DNA from: a virus
Strand: one strand, 5' to 3'
Virus record (IMG/VR): IMGVR_UViG_3300049171_000092
Location: 21,279-85,278 of that record
DNA: 64,000 bases
Made by a program: the position numbers and the translations under genes. Shown here one piece after another: positions 17,784-25,989 of the stretch (position 1 is the stretch's first letter; every line of letters begins with the position of its first letter). The notes beneath the pieces are model-generated. The model did no database searches. It saw only the letters and a program-made list of their open reading frames with translations, and was not told the DNA's origin.

Positions 17784-18184
17784 TCGAGGAGCTCGACGAC
17801 GACGCGTGTCGGCAGCCGGAAGTGGTCGACGACGCGCGCTCCGTCGTACTGCTCGGCGTACTCCTCGGCCTCGTCGAAGTCGTGGAACGACTCGAGGACG
17901 TCGCCGGCACCGTTGACGACGTCGAGGCGGGTGAAGAGGGCGGCGCTCTCGGGGAGCATCTGCCGCGCGAGGAAGAGGCGCAGCGAGCGCATGGTGCGGC
18001 GGATGTCCTTCGGGTCTGCCTCGGCGAGGTTCTCGAGGTCGACGCCCTTCGCGTGCTGGGCTTCGCGGAGTTCGGCGTAGGCGTCCATGAACTCGTCGCC
18101 CATGACCTCGGGCTCGAACTTCAGCTCTGTGCCGCCGATGTCGGCGATGTGGGGTTCGGTGTTGAGGGCGAAGGATTTACGCAC
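17645..18184 (-). CDS. tail assembly chaperone (G-like)
   Basis: Position immediately before the tape measure gene. The ..IADIGGTELKFEPEVMGDEFMDAY.. pattern is typical of actinophage chaperones. The GTG at 18184 lies 26 nt after a box; the track start at 18223 would translate the box. Confidence 0.65.
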   Translation of the reverse strand: MRKSFALNTEPHIADIGGTELKFEPEVMGDEFMDAYAELREAQHAKGVDLENLAEADPKDIRRTMRSLRLFLARQMLPESAALFTRLDVVNGAGDVLESFHDFDEAEEYAEQYDGARVVDHFRLPTRVVVELLEWVVELFGGGSRPTMSSSGSAKASKPAGTRGSGNSPSMGPTRTRGR

Positions 18185-18210
18185 AGGTCTTTCCCTGTCT
18201 CCCGTTCCTC

Positions 18211-18232
18211 GCCCGGCCCACAACCAGTCGGC
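18211..18232 (-). promoter_or_regulatory. late-gene box copy 6 (1-nt insertion)
   Basis: GCCGACTGGTTGTGGGCCGGGC. Confidence 0.5.
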
Positions 18233-18259
18233 GCACTACGAAGGGTACTGGCCGTGCCG

Positions 18260-18637
18260 CTATCGCCCGAGTCGCAGCGCTCTCTGCAGCCACGGATTGG
18301 CACGGGTTCCCGGGTGCCTCACGAGCTTGGTGAACACCACGTCGCCACCTGCCTCGAACCGGAGTGCCTTCGCCCGGCGGGGGCGGATCAAGTGCGGCCT
18401 CGTACCGTCCAAGGAAAATCGAACAGCAGGGTGGTCGCAGGTGATGACGCCTTGCAGGCCGCGCGGTCCTTCAGTGATCTTCCAGTCGATGTACTGGCCC
18501 ATGCTGCCCGGCGCCTCAGCCTCCGCAATGCGAGCCACCCGCTCCGTGCGGGCACTCACCCGGCGGTGCGCAATGCTGCCGCGGGCGCGGATAAGACGCA
18601 GCAGCCGACCCGGCTCGATAGTCACTTCGACGCTCAC
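18260..18637 (-). CDS. head-tail joining protein (HK97 gp10-like, tentative)
   Basis: Last 125 codons of track ORF 18260..19441. GTG start with an AAGGAG SD and a GTGA overlap with the upstream stop. Confidence 0.5.
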   Translation of the reverse strand: MSVEVTIEPGRLLRLIRARGSIAHRRVSARTERVARIAEAEAPGSMGQYIDWKITEGPRGLQGVITCDHPAVRFSLDGTRPHLIRPRRAKALRFEAGGDVVFTKLVRHPGTRANPWLQRALRLGR

Positions 18638-19218
18638 GGCGTGACTCCTTCCGTGGGGCAGGCGCAACCGGGCAGCGCCACGATGACGCGCTGTTCGACG
18701 CCGACGCAGCCCCCTTCGGGGCCGAGGATGCGCGAGCCACCGAGGACGAACTTGCGGCCCCGCCGGCTGGTGCTCGTCGCCGGGAGGCAGCACAGAAGCG
18801 CGTTCGTGATGACCGCCGAGTCGATGTGGACGGTGCGGGCTACGGCGGCCTGCTCGTCGCACGACGGCGGGCAGCCACGATCGTTGGGCAGCGGCGCGCA
18901 CCGCAGCAGCGTCACCACGTACTCGACCGCGGTGATCGGCGGCGGGGTGCAGCCCCGCAGCCCTTGCACCTCCGCGTCCTGCGCCGGAAAGTTCGACGAG
19001 GGGTACATGCGGGCCACGGACACCGACAGCTGCCCGCCGGTCTCCCCCGTGCACGGGTCGGCGCACGAATCCCACGCCGGCTGGCCAGGCACGACACACG
19101 TTCGGCAAGGGCAGCCGGGGAAGTCGTCTACCTCGCTCGCGGTTTCGTCGAGGGCGGCGCACACGCAGCCGAGGATGGCCTGGGCAAGGTCGTGGACGGC
19201 GAGCGCCTGCAGCGCCAT
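18634..19218 (-). CDS. Cys-rich head-tail connector-type protein (194 aa, tentative)
   Basis: The ..GCPCRTCVVPGQPAWDSC..GQLSVSVARMYPSSNFP.. pattern recalls actinophage connector proteins; position. Confidence 0.5.
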   Translation of the reverse strand: MALQALAVHDLAQAILGCVCAALDETASEVDDFPGCPCRTCVVPGQPAWDSCADPCTGETGGQLSVSVARMYPSSNFPAQDAEVQGLRGCTPPPITAVEYVVTLLRCAPLPNDRGCPPSCDEQAAVARTVHIDSAVITNALLCCLPATSTSRRGRKFVLGGSRILGPEGGCVGVEQRVIVALPGCACPTEGVTP

Positions 19219-19227
19219 GAGGGCTCC

Positions 19228-20037
19228 TTACGGCCAGACCTGGGTGCGGGACCGCCGGTGGTCTGGGCTGTAGACGCGGCTGGGGGACGTGAGGCGGTGG
19301 GGGTTGACCGTGGTGAGCCAGAGGTCGACGAGGGGTAGACCGGTGCGCATCTCGGTGTAGAGCAGCGTCGGGTCGGCGAACTCCTGGTCGACGCCCTGCC
19401 GCGACAGACGGGTGACGTTCGCGGGCAGCTTGCAGCCGCACGCACCACCTCCGTTGCAGCCTTTGAGTAGGTGGCAGACGAGTTCGCTGTAGGCGGCGAT
19501 CGCGGCGTCGTCGAGAGGCAAGCCGATCCGGTAGTGCACAGCGAACGTGCCCGGTTCACCGGCGGGCGCGGCGAGGTCCTGGCAGTCGGGCCAGCAGCCG
19601 CCGTCGGTACGCACCAGCAGCCCGGGTGAGTCGACCCGGTACGCCGACGTCGGCAGCGTCACGCCGTCGACTTCAACGCCGAGGATGTCGTAGACGGGGC
19701 CTTCGAGGCGGACTTCGCACAGCTCGGTGCAGGAGCAATCCGTGGCGCAGCCGCACACGGAGGCGTTGCGCCACTGCCCGTCGCGGCCGATGTACGGGAT
19801 CCACGGGGAGCCGCCAGTCCAGGAAGAAGCGAGCGGCAGGGAGTCGAGGCAGCTGCGCCGGCAGGGCCGCACCGTGTACGGGCAGGACGGGCCCCAGCGT
19901 CGGCCGGACAGGTTGAACAGGATGGTGGTGGCGACCCGCTTCCAGCGTTCCAGGACCGCCTCGTCGGCGTCGTCGGCGGCGGGGCAGCACGACAAATCGA
20001 GTGGCCAGGGCTCACACAACGGCCGTTGCAGGGCCAC
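19228..20037 (-). CDS. head-to-tail adaptor-like protein (269 aa, Cys-rich)
   Basis: MALQRPLCEPWPLDLSCCP..ILFNLSGRRWGPSCPYTVRPC.. resembles N-termini of actinophage adaptor proteins; GAGGAG SD. Confidence 0.55.
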   Translation of the reverse strand: MALQRPLCEPWPLDLSCCPAADDADEAVLERWKRVATTILFNLSGRRWGPSCPYTVRPCRRSCLDSLPLASSWTGGSPWIPYIGRDGQWRNASVCGCATDCSCTELCEVRLEGPVYDILGVEVDGVTLPTSAYRVDSPGLLVRTDGGCWPDCQDLAAPAGEPGTFAVHYRIGLPLDDAAIAAYSELVCHLLKGCNGGGACGCKLPANVTRLSRQGVDQEFADPTLLYTEMRTGLPLVDLWLTTVNPHRLTSPSRVYSPDHRRSRTQVWP

Positions 20038-20064
20038 GACGTCTCCTCATGGGCAGATGGGGGT

Positions 20065-20108
20065 GTGCGGTGGCCGGACGGGGAACGGGGTCCGTGCGGC
20101 CACCGCAC
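20065..20108 (-). terminator. strong hairpin (attenuator/terminator) after the putative tail tube gene
   Basis: GTGCGGTGGCCG ... CGGCCACCGCAC, a 12-bp stem with an inner GGAC/GTCC pairing. Confidence 0.55.
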
Positions 20109-20135
20109 GATCAGGGGCGCCGACAGCCGGGGCTG

Positions 20136-20822
20136 TTACGGCACCGGGACGGGTACCGCCGCGTAGTCACACGACGGCACCGGAGGCGGCGTCGTCGTTA
20201 TGAACGTGCGGCGGTGGCAAGAGCTGTCGAGCGGGGTGAGCATCGGACCCGGCGTGCCCGCGGCGTCGATCGGCATGACGTCGTAGGGGCCGACGCCCCA
20301 CGAGCCGCCGGCCCGGGTAGAGCCGGTGATCTGGAGCGTGACGGCCTCCGAGCCGATCTCCAGGTCCCCGAGGAGCCCGTTCGTGACCCACGGCAGCAGG
20401 AAGTAAATCCACTGCCCCTCGGCGCCCTCAGCGCACTCCTCGCCCAAGACTTCGGCCCACAGTTCCAAGGCGAAGCCGGTGTCGCAGCGCACGCTGCAGG
20501 TGTCAAAGCCGATCGGGGCGCCGTCGTAGCCGAGGACGACCGGGTTGCCGGTGAGGATTTCGATCAGCTCCGGGCTGACGGAGAACACGTTCATCTCGAT
20601 GTCGAAACCGCGGAACGTGGGACAACCCCGTTTGAATCCGCAGATTCGGCCGTTCGATGCCTTGTATTCGATGTCTTCGCCGTCGTCGGAGTTGTTGTTC
20701 ATCGCCAGGCTGGCGAAGCAGTCGAAGACGAAGCCGTTGTCGGGGCCGGGGATCGGGTTCCCGCAGCGGTCCAACCTGGTGACGCGCATGACGTCAGCGT
20801 TTGCAATCAGAGGGCAGGACAA
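20136..20822 (-). CDS. putative major tail (tube) protein, 228 aa (tentative)
   Basis: It has its own box, an AGGAGG SD and a strong downstream hairpin, as expected for an abundant structural protein. ..VTNGLLGDLEIGSEAVTLQITGSTRAGGSWGVGPY.. is reminiscent of actinophage tail tube proteins. TTG start. Confidence 0.4.
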   Translation of the reverse strand: MSCPLIANADVMRVTRLDRCGNPIPGPDNGFVFDCFASLAMNNNSDDGEDIEYKASNGRICGFKRGCPTFRGFDIEMNVFSVSPELIEILTGNPVVLGYDGAPIGFDTCSVRCDTGFALELWAEVLGEECAEGAEGQWIYFLLPWVTNGLLGDLEIGSEAVTLQITGSTRAGGSWGVGPYDVMPIDAAGTPGPMLTPLDSSCHRRTFITTTPPPVPSCDYAAVPVPVP

Positions 20823-20846
20823 GCCGAAACCTCCTACTAGCAGGAG

Positions 20847-20867
20847 GCCCGGCCCAAAACCAGCGGC
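20847..20867 (-). promoter_or_regulatory. late-gene box copy 7, followed by an SD-sequestering hairpin
   Basis: GCCGCTGGTTTTGGGCCGGGC, then CCTCCT gctagt AGGAGG, then a TTG start 24 nt after the box. Confidence 0.6.
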
Positions 20868-20922
20868 TCAATATGCGAGTTTAGCTGCGGCGCTGTGCTG
20901 CACGGCTGCCGCTTTCGGCTGC

Positions 20923-21222
20923 TCAGGCGGCCGGTTCCTGGGGCGGCCGGTAGCCGGAGATCTGCTGCGCTGCGGCGTCGGGGATCCCTGCGGTGAGGAG
21001 CGCTTCGTAGGCGTCTTGTTTCGCTGCGGTCTCGGCGGCGCGCCGGTCGGTGACGAGCTGCGCGTTGTTCGCTTCGAGGGTGGCGCGCTCCTGCTGGTAC
21101 TCGGCTTCGGTGATCTCGACGGCGCCAGCCGGGGGCGGTACTTGCTCGTTCTCGTCGGTGACGGTCACTGTCACGGCGCGCAGGGCGCCGGTGTCGAACC
21201 GGTAGTACAGGGTTTTGTCCAC
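20923..21222 (-). CDS. 99-aa protein, paralog of 7654..8022
   Basis: Shared YY..G..V.V..VP.P.GAVE..EY....SGY pattern; follows the fibre-like paralog. Confidence 0.55.
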   Translation of the reverse strand: MDKTLYYRFDTGALRAVTVTVTDENEQVPPPAGAVEITEAEYQQERATLEANNAQLVTDRRAAETAAKQDAYEALLTAGIPDAAAQQISGYRPPQEPAA

Positions 21223-21234
21223 GATGGGCCCGCC

Positions 21235-22092
21235 TTACAGGACGAAGATGAAGCAGCGCTGGGCTGTCTGGATGCGGTCGAAGGTGGCGCCGCCGCTGCC
21301 GCGGCCCATGCGCACGGAGAACGGCAGAGAGAGGGTTCCGCCGGGCGGAATGGTGCGGTTGAAGACCTTGCAGCCCTGGGCGTGGACCTTGTTCATGGTC
21401 GTCGTGCCGGTGTTCTCGAAGTAGTACATGTCGTCGTCGCCGAGCGCGGCCATGGCGCCACCGCCCGGCGGGATGTCGAAGTCGACGTCGAGTTCCATCT
21501 CGTAGACCACGAAGGCGGGCCGGCAGGGGTCGGGGTTGGTGATGGTGAAGTCGCGGACTTCGATCTCTGCCTCGGCGGTGGTCGGTACGGGGGTCGCCGG
21601 GTAGGTGTCGTCGATGACTTGCTGCTGGAAGTCTGTTACCGGGCGGGGTTCGCTGCGGAGTTGTCCGGTGCTGTCGCAGTAGACGTTTCCGGCGTAGGTG
21701 TCGGGGGTGCAGCCGGTGTAGGGCCAGGTGCCGACGGCTGCGGCGAGGGGGGCGGTGGTGGTGCCGTCGCCGGTGAGGCCGCATGCGGTGTCGAGTTCGG
21801 CGTAGAGCCCTTCGGGTCCGGCTTGGATGAGGTTGGTGCCGCCGCCGGGCGGGGTGGCGTCGAGGCGGACGGTGGAGCTGACGACGACCGGATCGGCGGT
21901 CGTTCCGGTGCCGGTGATGGTGGTGTCGACGGTGGGGGTGTCGCCGGCCTGGATGACGGTCGGGGTACCGCTGCCGCCGCCGGGTGCGGAGATGACGTAG
22001 GGGTTGGTGGTCGAGCCGCCGCCGTCGATCTCGACGCCGGGGCCGGCGACGAGCGTGCAGGTGCAACGCTTCGCGCCGCAGCAGTCGGCCAT
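21235..22092 (-). CDS. fibre-like protein (285 aa), paralog of 8015..8857
   Basis: MADCCGAKRCTCTLVAGPGVEIDGGGSTTNPYVISA.. and ..GGATFDRIQTA... The ATG at 22092 lies 28 nt after a box; the track start at 22131 would translate the box. Confidence 0.65.
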   Translation of the reverse strand: MADCCGAKRCTCTLVAGPGVEIDGGGSTTNPYVISAPGGGSGTPTVIQAGDTPTVDTTITGTGTTADPVVVSSTVRLDATPPGGGTNLIQAGPEGLYAELDTACGLTGDGTTTAPLAAAVGTWPYTGCTPDTYAGNVYCDSTGQLRSEPRPVTDFQQQVIDDTYPATPVPTTAEAEIEVRDFTITNPDPCRPAFVVYEMELDVDFDIPPGGGAMAALGDDDMYYFENTGTTTMNKVHAQGCKVFNRTIPPGGTLSLPFSVRMGRGSGGATFDRIQTAQRCFIFVL

Positions 22093-22120
22093 GGGAGCAC
22101 TCCTCAGGAGGTGAGAGAGT

Positions 22121-22141
22121 GCCCGGCCCAAAACCAGCGGC
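22121..22141 (-). promoter_or_regulatory. late-gene box copy 8
   Basis: GCCGCTGGTTTTGGGCCGGGC; the spacer contains a CTCCTGAGGAG self-complementary SD region. Confidence 0.6.
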
Positions 22142-22224
22142 TCATTGGTGAGTTTATCGATCCGGGGTCGCCGTGAAGGTGGCCCCGGTGCCGCGCCCGG
22201 CGGACGACCGGGCGCGGCGTCGAG

Positions 22225-25200
22225 TCAGCCGTTCGCCGACGACGGCGGCAGGAAGCAGGGGGCGACGCGCCAGCCGTCCGGCGGGGCGTCCTGGCGCTGC
22301 CCGTCCTCGTCGAGGTAGTAGATCGAGTCGTCGCAGCACACCATCCGCGTCCACGACCGCGTCTCCGGGATCACCTGGTAGAAGACCTTCAGGTGCACCA
22401 TGAGGCCGGCGCCGCCGCCCACGGTCTCCTCGACGTCGAGGTAGAGCGCGTTACGGCCGGCCTTGGCGCCGGGGATGGCGTCCGGCCCGAAGGTGTAAGT
22501 CGTGCCGTTGTGCGTGGCCGACGCCGGGAGGGTTTGCCAGGCGCCGTCGTTGAGCCTGAAGGCCCTTCCGGCCTGGTCCGCGTTGAAAACCGTCGCCTGC
22601 ACCCGAATGCTGCTGGGATCAGCGTTGTCCGGCAGATCGAAGAACGCCCGCGGGTACCAGTGGACGTTGAGCAACGACGGGCCCTCGTTGGGCCGTGGCG
22701 GGCTCGACTGCGCCGACCGGCCATCCGGGTGCGGGCTCACCCACCACGCCGGCCGCGCCGTGTCGGAGTCCCGCACCGTCCAGTCAGCGGAGAACTGGAA
22801 CTGGTACATGTCGTACCAGACGGGGCTCGCGGCGTTGAGGTCCGTGGTCCACTTCCACACCGGGTCGACAGTGTTGTCGTTGCGATGCGCTTCGTTGGAG
22901 ATGAACTCGCGGGTCTGCGTCGGGATCTGCTGGATGCACACCTGCACGGGCTGGCAGCAGTTGTCGCCGCACGTGAGCGTCGCCCGAGCAGGGATCGCCG
23001 AGCCGGTGACCGCGTCGACGACCTTGATGCGGCCCTGGCAGTCGGCGAGCTTGACGGCCGGCCACGGCACGGTGTCGACGACGACGCCGCAGAACCGCTC
23101 GAAGTGCGGCGCGGGCGGGTCGCCGAAACCGGTGGTCGTCAGCGTCAGGCGCACCGGCTTGGAGAACTCGATCCGGTACCGGTCGCCGTTGTCGACGTTG
23201 AGCTTCGTCGGGTCGTCGTTGCGCGCGACGCCGTTACCGGCGAGCGCCCGCAGCGTCACCACCACGCCGTTGAACGTCGCCGTGCCGACGTAGCCGGCGG
23301 GCGACTGCGTCGGGTGGATCGGGATGGCCGGGTTGAACGCGGCCCAGTTGATGTCTCCGCCGAGGTCGCCGCTGGTGAACCCGAACGCCGAGATGGCGCC
23401 CGTGCTCGACTCGTAGGTGCCTTCCCAGGCGGTGACCCTGTCGCCGTAGCCGTAGCGGGGGTTCGTCGCCGTAGCGAGCATGCAGTCCGGGTAGGAGGCG
23501 CTGTTCAGGTCGAACCCGACCGCACCGTCTGGCATGGAGTAGGTGCACTCTTCCACTACCGACAGGTCGCACGGCGGCTCCTGCTGGCACTGGCCGACGT
23601 CGCCGACCGGCACGTATGGGGTGACGCCGTCCATCAGCGTGTCCGTGACGCTGGTGACCTGCCCGTCGCAGTCCCGGCAGATCCGGCGCAGGAACTGCCC
23701 GCCCGGAGCCACGCTGAAAGCGCCGACGTAGTACGTGAAGAACGTCGTGCACGCCGCGATCCTGCTGCCCTGGCCGGGCTGGGTCGTGAGGCTCGTGACC
23801 GGGCCCGGGGTGCGGAACCGGGCCATGTGCTCGGGCTGCGGGTCCGTCACGTAAGTGCAGCTGTCCGTGGTGCCGTCCCAGGTGCGGGTGAGCACACCCG
23901 TCGCCGGGTCGTAGGTGTAGTTCTCCGGCAGGCTCAGGACCTCCAGCCCGACGGGGAGCTGCGCCTGGTTGCTCGGCGGGTTCGTCGGGCTGCCGATCAG
24001 ATAGACGGAGAACTCCACGACGGACGGCAGCGAGAACGTCCACCGTGTCGGCGCATCAGCCAGGTTGGGGAACGAGTGCAGCCCCCAGAACGCGATGCCG
24101 TCGCTGTTGGCGATGCGCGCGGGCATCGCCGTTCCCGTGCTGAGCGGGCCGGGGTTGCGTGCAGTGTAGGCGACACCGTTCGCCAGGGTGCCTTGCGCGG
24201 CGGTGCCCGTGATGGTGGCAGGGCTGCCCGAGTCGCACAGGATCAGCGTCTCGCAGTCCGCGCAGGGCGAGGAGGTGGAGGGCGGCTCGGGGCAGGTGCC
24301 CGCCTCGCCCTGCACCTCGTACAGGGTGACGCCGTCGAGGGTGGTGTCCGCCGTCGTCACGCCGCCGGCGTCCCGGCACAGAGTGCGTAGGAACGGGACC
24401 GCGACGTCGGCCGCCACGGTGATCTGCCCGTACTGGCTGGTCTGCCCGGCCGTCTGCGCGCCGGTGAGAACGGGCGCGAACATGGTCTGCGCGGTCAGGG
24501 CGTCGGTCTTGAAGACGGACTCCCCGACCTGCGTGGCGGAAGCGGTCGGGGAGATCGTCCGCGTGGCCGCGTTCCAGGTGTGCTGCACGGTGTTGATGCT
24601 GTCGAGGTACCAGCCCGCGGGGATCCGCAGCGGCGTGGCGGTGGGCCCGGAGAACCTGACGGTGTAGCGGATGGACACCGGCCGGTCGAAGTCGAACCGC
24701 TCGGGCGCGTTGTCGGCGGCGAGGTACCAGCCGTCTCCGGAGGCCATGTCCAGGCCGCGCTTCATCCAGCGCACGCCGTTGGCGGCGAGGGTTTGCCACT
24801 GCTCGTCCGGTGTGCCGAACGACGGGAGGACGGCCGGCACCTGGTGCTGGACGTCGCAGAGCTGGACGATCTCGCAGTCCGTACCGGGCGGGGTTTCGCA
24901 GGCGCCCGTGGTGCCGAGCACCTGGTAGGCGGTGGTCCCGTCGAGGGTGGTGTCCGTGACGGTCGTCTCGCCGGTGGCACAGTCGCGGCACAGGGTCCGC
25001 AGGAACGGCACCGGGCCGGGGTTGAGGACGAACCCGCCGACACGGGTGGCACCGACCTGGCCGCAGATCGGCACTGCCTGCGGGGTGGTGATGACCATCG
25101 ACGAGACCGGTGCCGCGGTGAGGAACGTCGCGGACGTGGCGACCGCCGGCGTGCGCAGCGACGGGCAGTCGTCGCTGGTGCTGCTCAGGGTTCGGGTGGC

Positions 25201-25989
25201 CGCGTCGTAGCTGTACCCCTCCGGCAGGTGCAGCGGGATGACGTCGGTCGAGAACGTCACCGATCCGGGCCCGACCTGCACCACACTGAACTGGACGGTG
25301 GAGGGCTGCCCGAATTCCCACGTCTGCGGTCCGGCGCTGTCGCGCGGGTAGGTCTGGATGCCGTACCAGTAGCCGGTTCCGTCGGCCGAGGCGACGTTGG
25401 CCTCCAGCTCCATCGGGCCGTTGTTACCGTCCCCGGTCACGGACCAGGAGACCCCGCTGGATGCGGTCCCCGATCCCGCGTTCTCCGCCGGGGCGATGAC
25501 CCCCTGGGGGCCGGTAGTGGCGGACAGGACGTCGCAGAGTTGCAACGTCTCGCAGCCGGCGCACTGCGGCGGGGTGCAGACGCCGACGGTGCCCGTGACG
25601 GTGTACGGGGTGCCGTCGAGGGTGAGGTCGGTGTGCCCGTCCGGCTCGCCGGTCGCGCAGTCGTAGGAGTAGCGGCGCAGAAACCGGACGGGCTCGCCGC
25701 CACCGGCCGGGGCGTCGCACAGCAGCTCCGTGTGGCTGTCGCAGCCGCCCTCGGTGGGGCACTGCGTCAGCTCACCCTGCACCGTGTACGCCTCGCCCGT
25801 GACGGGGTCGACGGTGCGCGTCGCGACGCGCTGGCCCGTGGAGGCGTCGTAGACCGGCTCGACGGCCACCAGGGCGGCGACGGTGCCGTCTGGCAGCACG
25901 TCGCACATGACGAGCGTTTCGACGTCGAGCCGCTGCGAGGCGGCGGGGTTGTTGAAAACGACGGGCTGGCCGCAGCCGCATCCGCTCAC
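22225..25989 (-). CDS. giant Cys-rich modular repeat protein (1254 aa), unknown family
   Basis: GTG start with a GTGA overlap on the upstream stop. Five FLR..C.D..TG..TD.LDG.PY..G..G.C modules are separated by three paralogous domains of about 170 aa, plus a C-terminal domain of about 350 aa. The first 136 codons of the track ORF overlap the upstream gene and were rejected. Confidence 0.75.
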   Translation of the reverse strand: MSGCGCGQPVVFNNPAASQRLDVETLVMCDVLPDGTVAALVAVEPVYDASTGQRVATRTVDPVTGEAYTVQGELTQCPTEGGCDSHTELLCDAPAGGGEPVRFLRRYSYDCATGEPDGHTDLTLDGTPYTVTGTVGVCTPPQCAGCETLQLCDVLSATTGPQGVIAPAENAGSGTASSGVSWSVTGDGNNGPMELEANVASADGTGYWYGIQTYPRDSAGPQTWEFGQPSTVQFSVVQVGPGSVTFSTDVIPLHLPEGYSYDAATRTLSSTSDDCPSLRTPAVATSATFLTAAPVSSMVITTPQAVPICGQVGATRVGGFVLNPGPVPFLRTLCRDCATGETTVTDTTLDGTTAYQVLGTTGACETPPGTDCEIVQLCDVQHQVPAVLPSFGTPDEQWQTLAANGVRWMKRGLDMASGDGWYLAADNAPERFDFDRPVSIRYTVRFSGPTATPLRIPAGWYLDSINTVQHTWNAATRTISPTASATQVGESVFKTDALTAQTMFAPVLTGAQTAGQTSQYGQITVAADVAVPFLRTLCRDAGGVTTADTTLDGVTLYEVQGEAGTCPEPPSTSSPCADCETLILCDSGSPATITGTAAQGTLANGVAYTARNPGPLSTGTAMPARIANSDGIAFWGLHSFPNLADAPTRWTFSLPSVVEFSVYLIGSPTNPPSNQAQLPVGLEVLSLPENYTYDPATGVLTRTWDGTTDSCTYVTDPQPEHMARFRTPGPVTSLTTQPGQGSRIAACTTFFTYYVGAFSVAPGGQFLRRICRDCDGQVTSVTDTLMDGVTPYVPVGDVGQCQQEPPCDLSVVEECTYSMPDGAVGFDLNSASYPDCMLATATNPRYGYGDRVTAWEGTYESSTGAISAFGFTSGDLGGDINWAAFNPAIPIHPTQSPAGYVGTATFNGVVVTLRALAGNGVARNDDPTKLNVDNGDRYRIEFSKPVRLTLTTTGFGDPPAPHFERFCGVVVDTVPWPAVKLADCQGRIKVVDAVTGSAIPARATLTCGDNCCQPVQVCIQQIPTQTREFISNEAHRNDNTVDPVWKWTTDLNAASPVWYDMYQFQFSADWTVRDSDTARPAWWVSPHPDGRSAQSSPPRPNEGPSLLNVHWYPRAFFDLPDNADPSSIRVQATVFNADQAGRAFRLNDGAWQTLPASATHNGTTYTFGPDAIPGAKAGRNALYLDVEETVGGGAGLMVHLKVFYQVIPETRSWTRMVCCDDSIYYLDEDGQRQDAPPDGWRVAPCFLPPSSANG

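Noticed and set aside
18260-19441. 393-aa minus-strand track ORF
   Set aside because: Only its last 125 codons (18260-18637) are preceded by an SD and a GTGA coupling signal. The upstream part overlaps the 194-aa and 269-aa connector genes in another frame and is Arg/Pro-rich.
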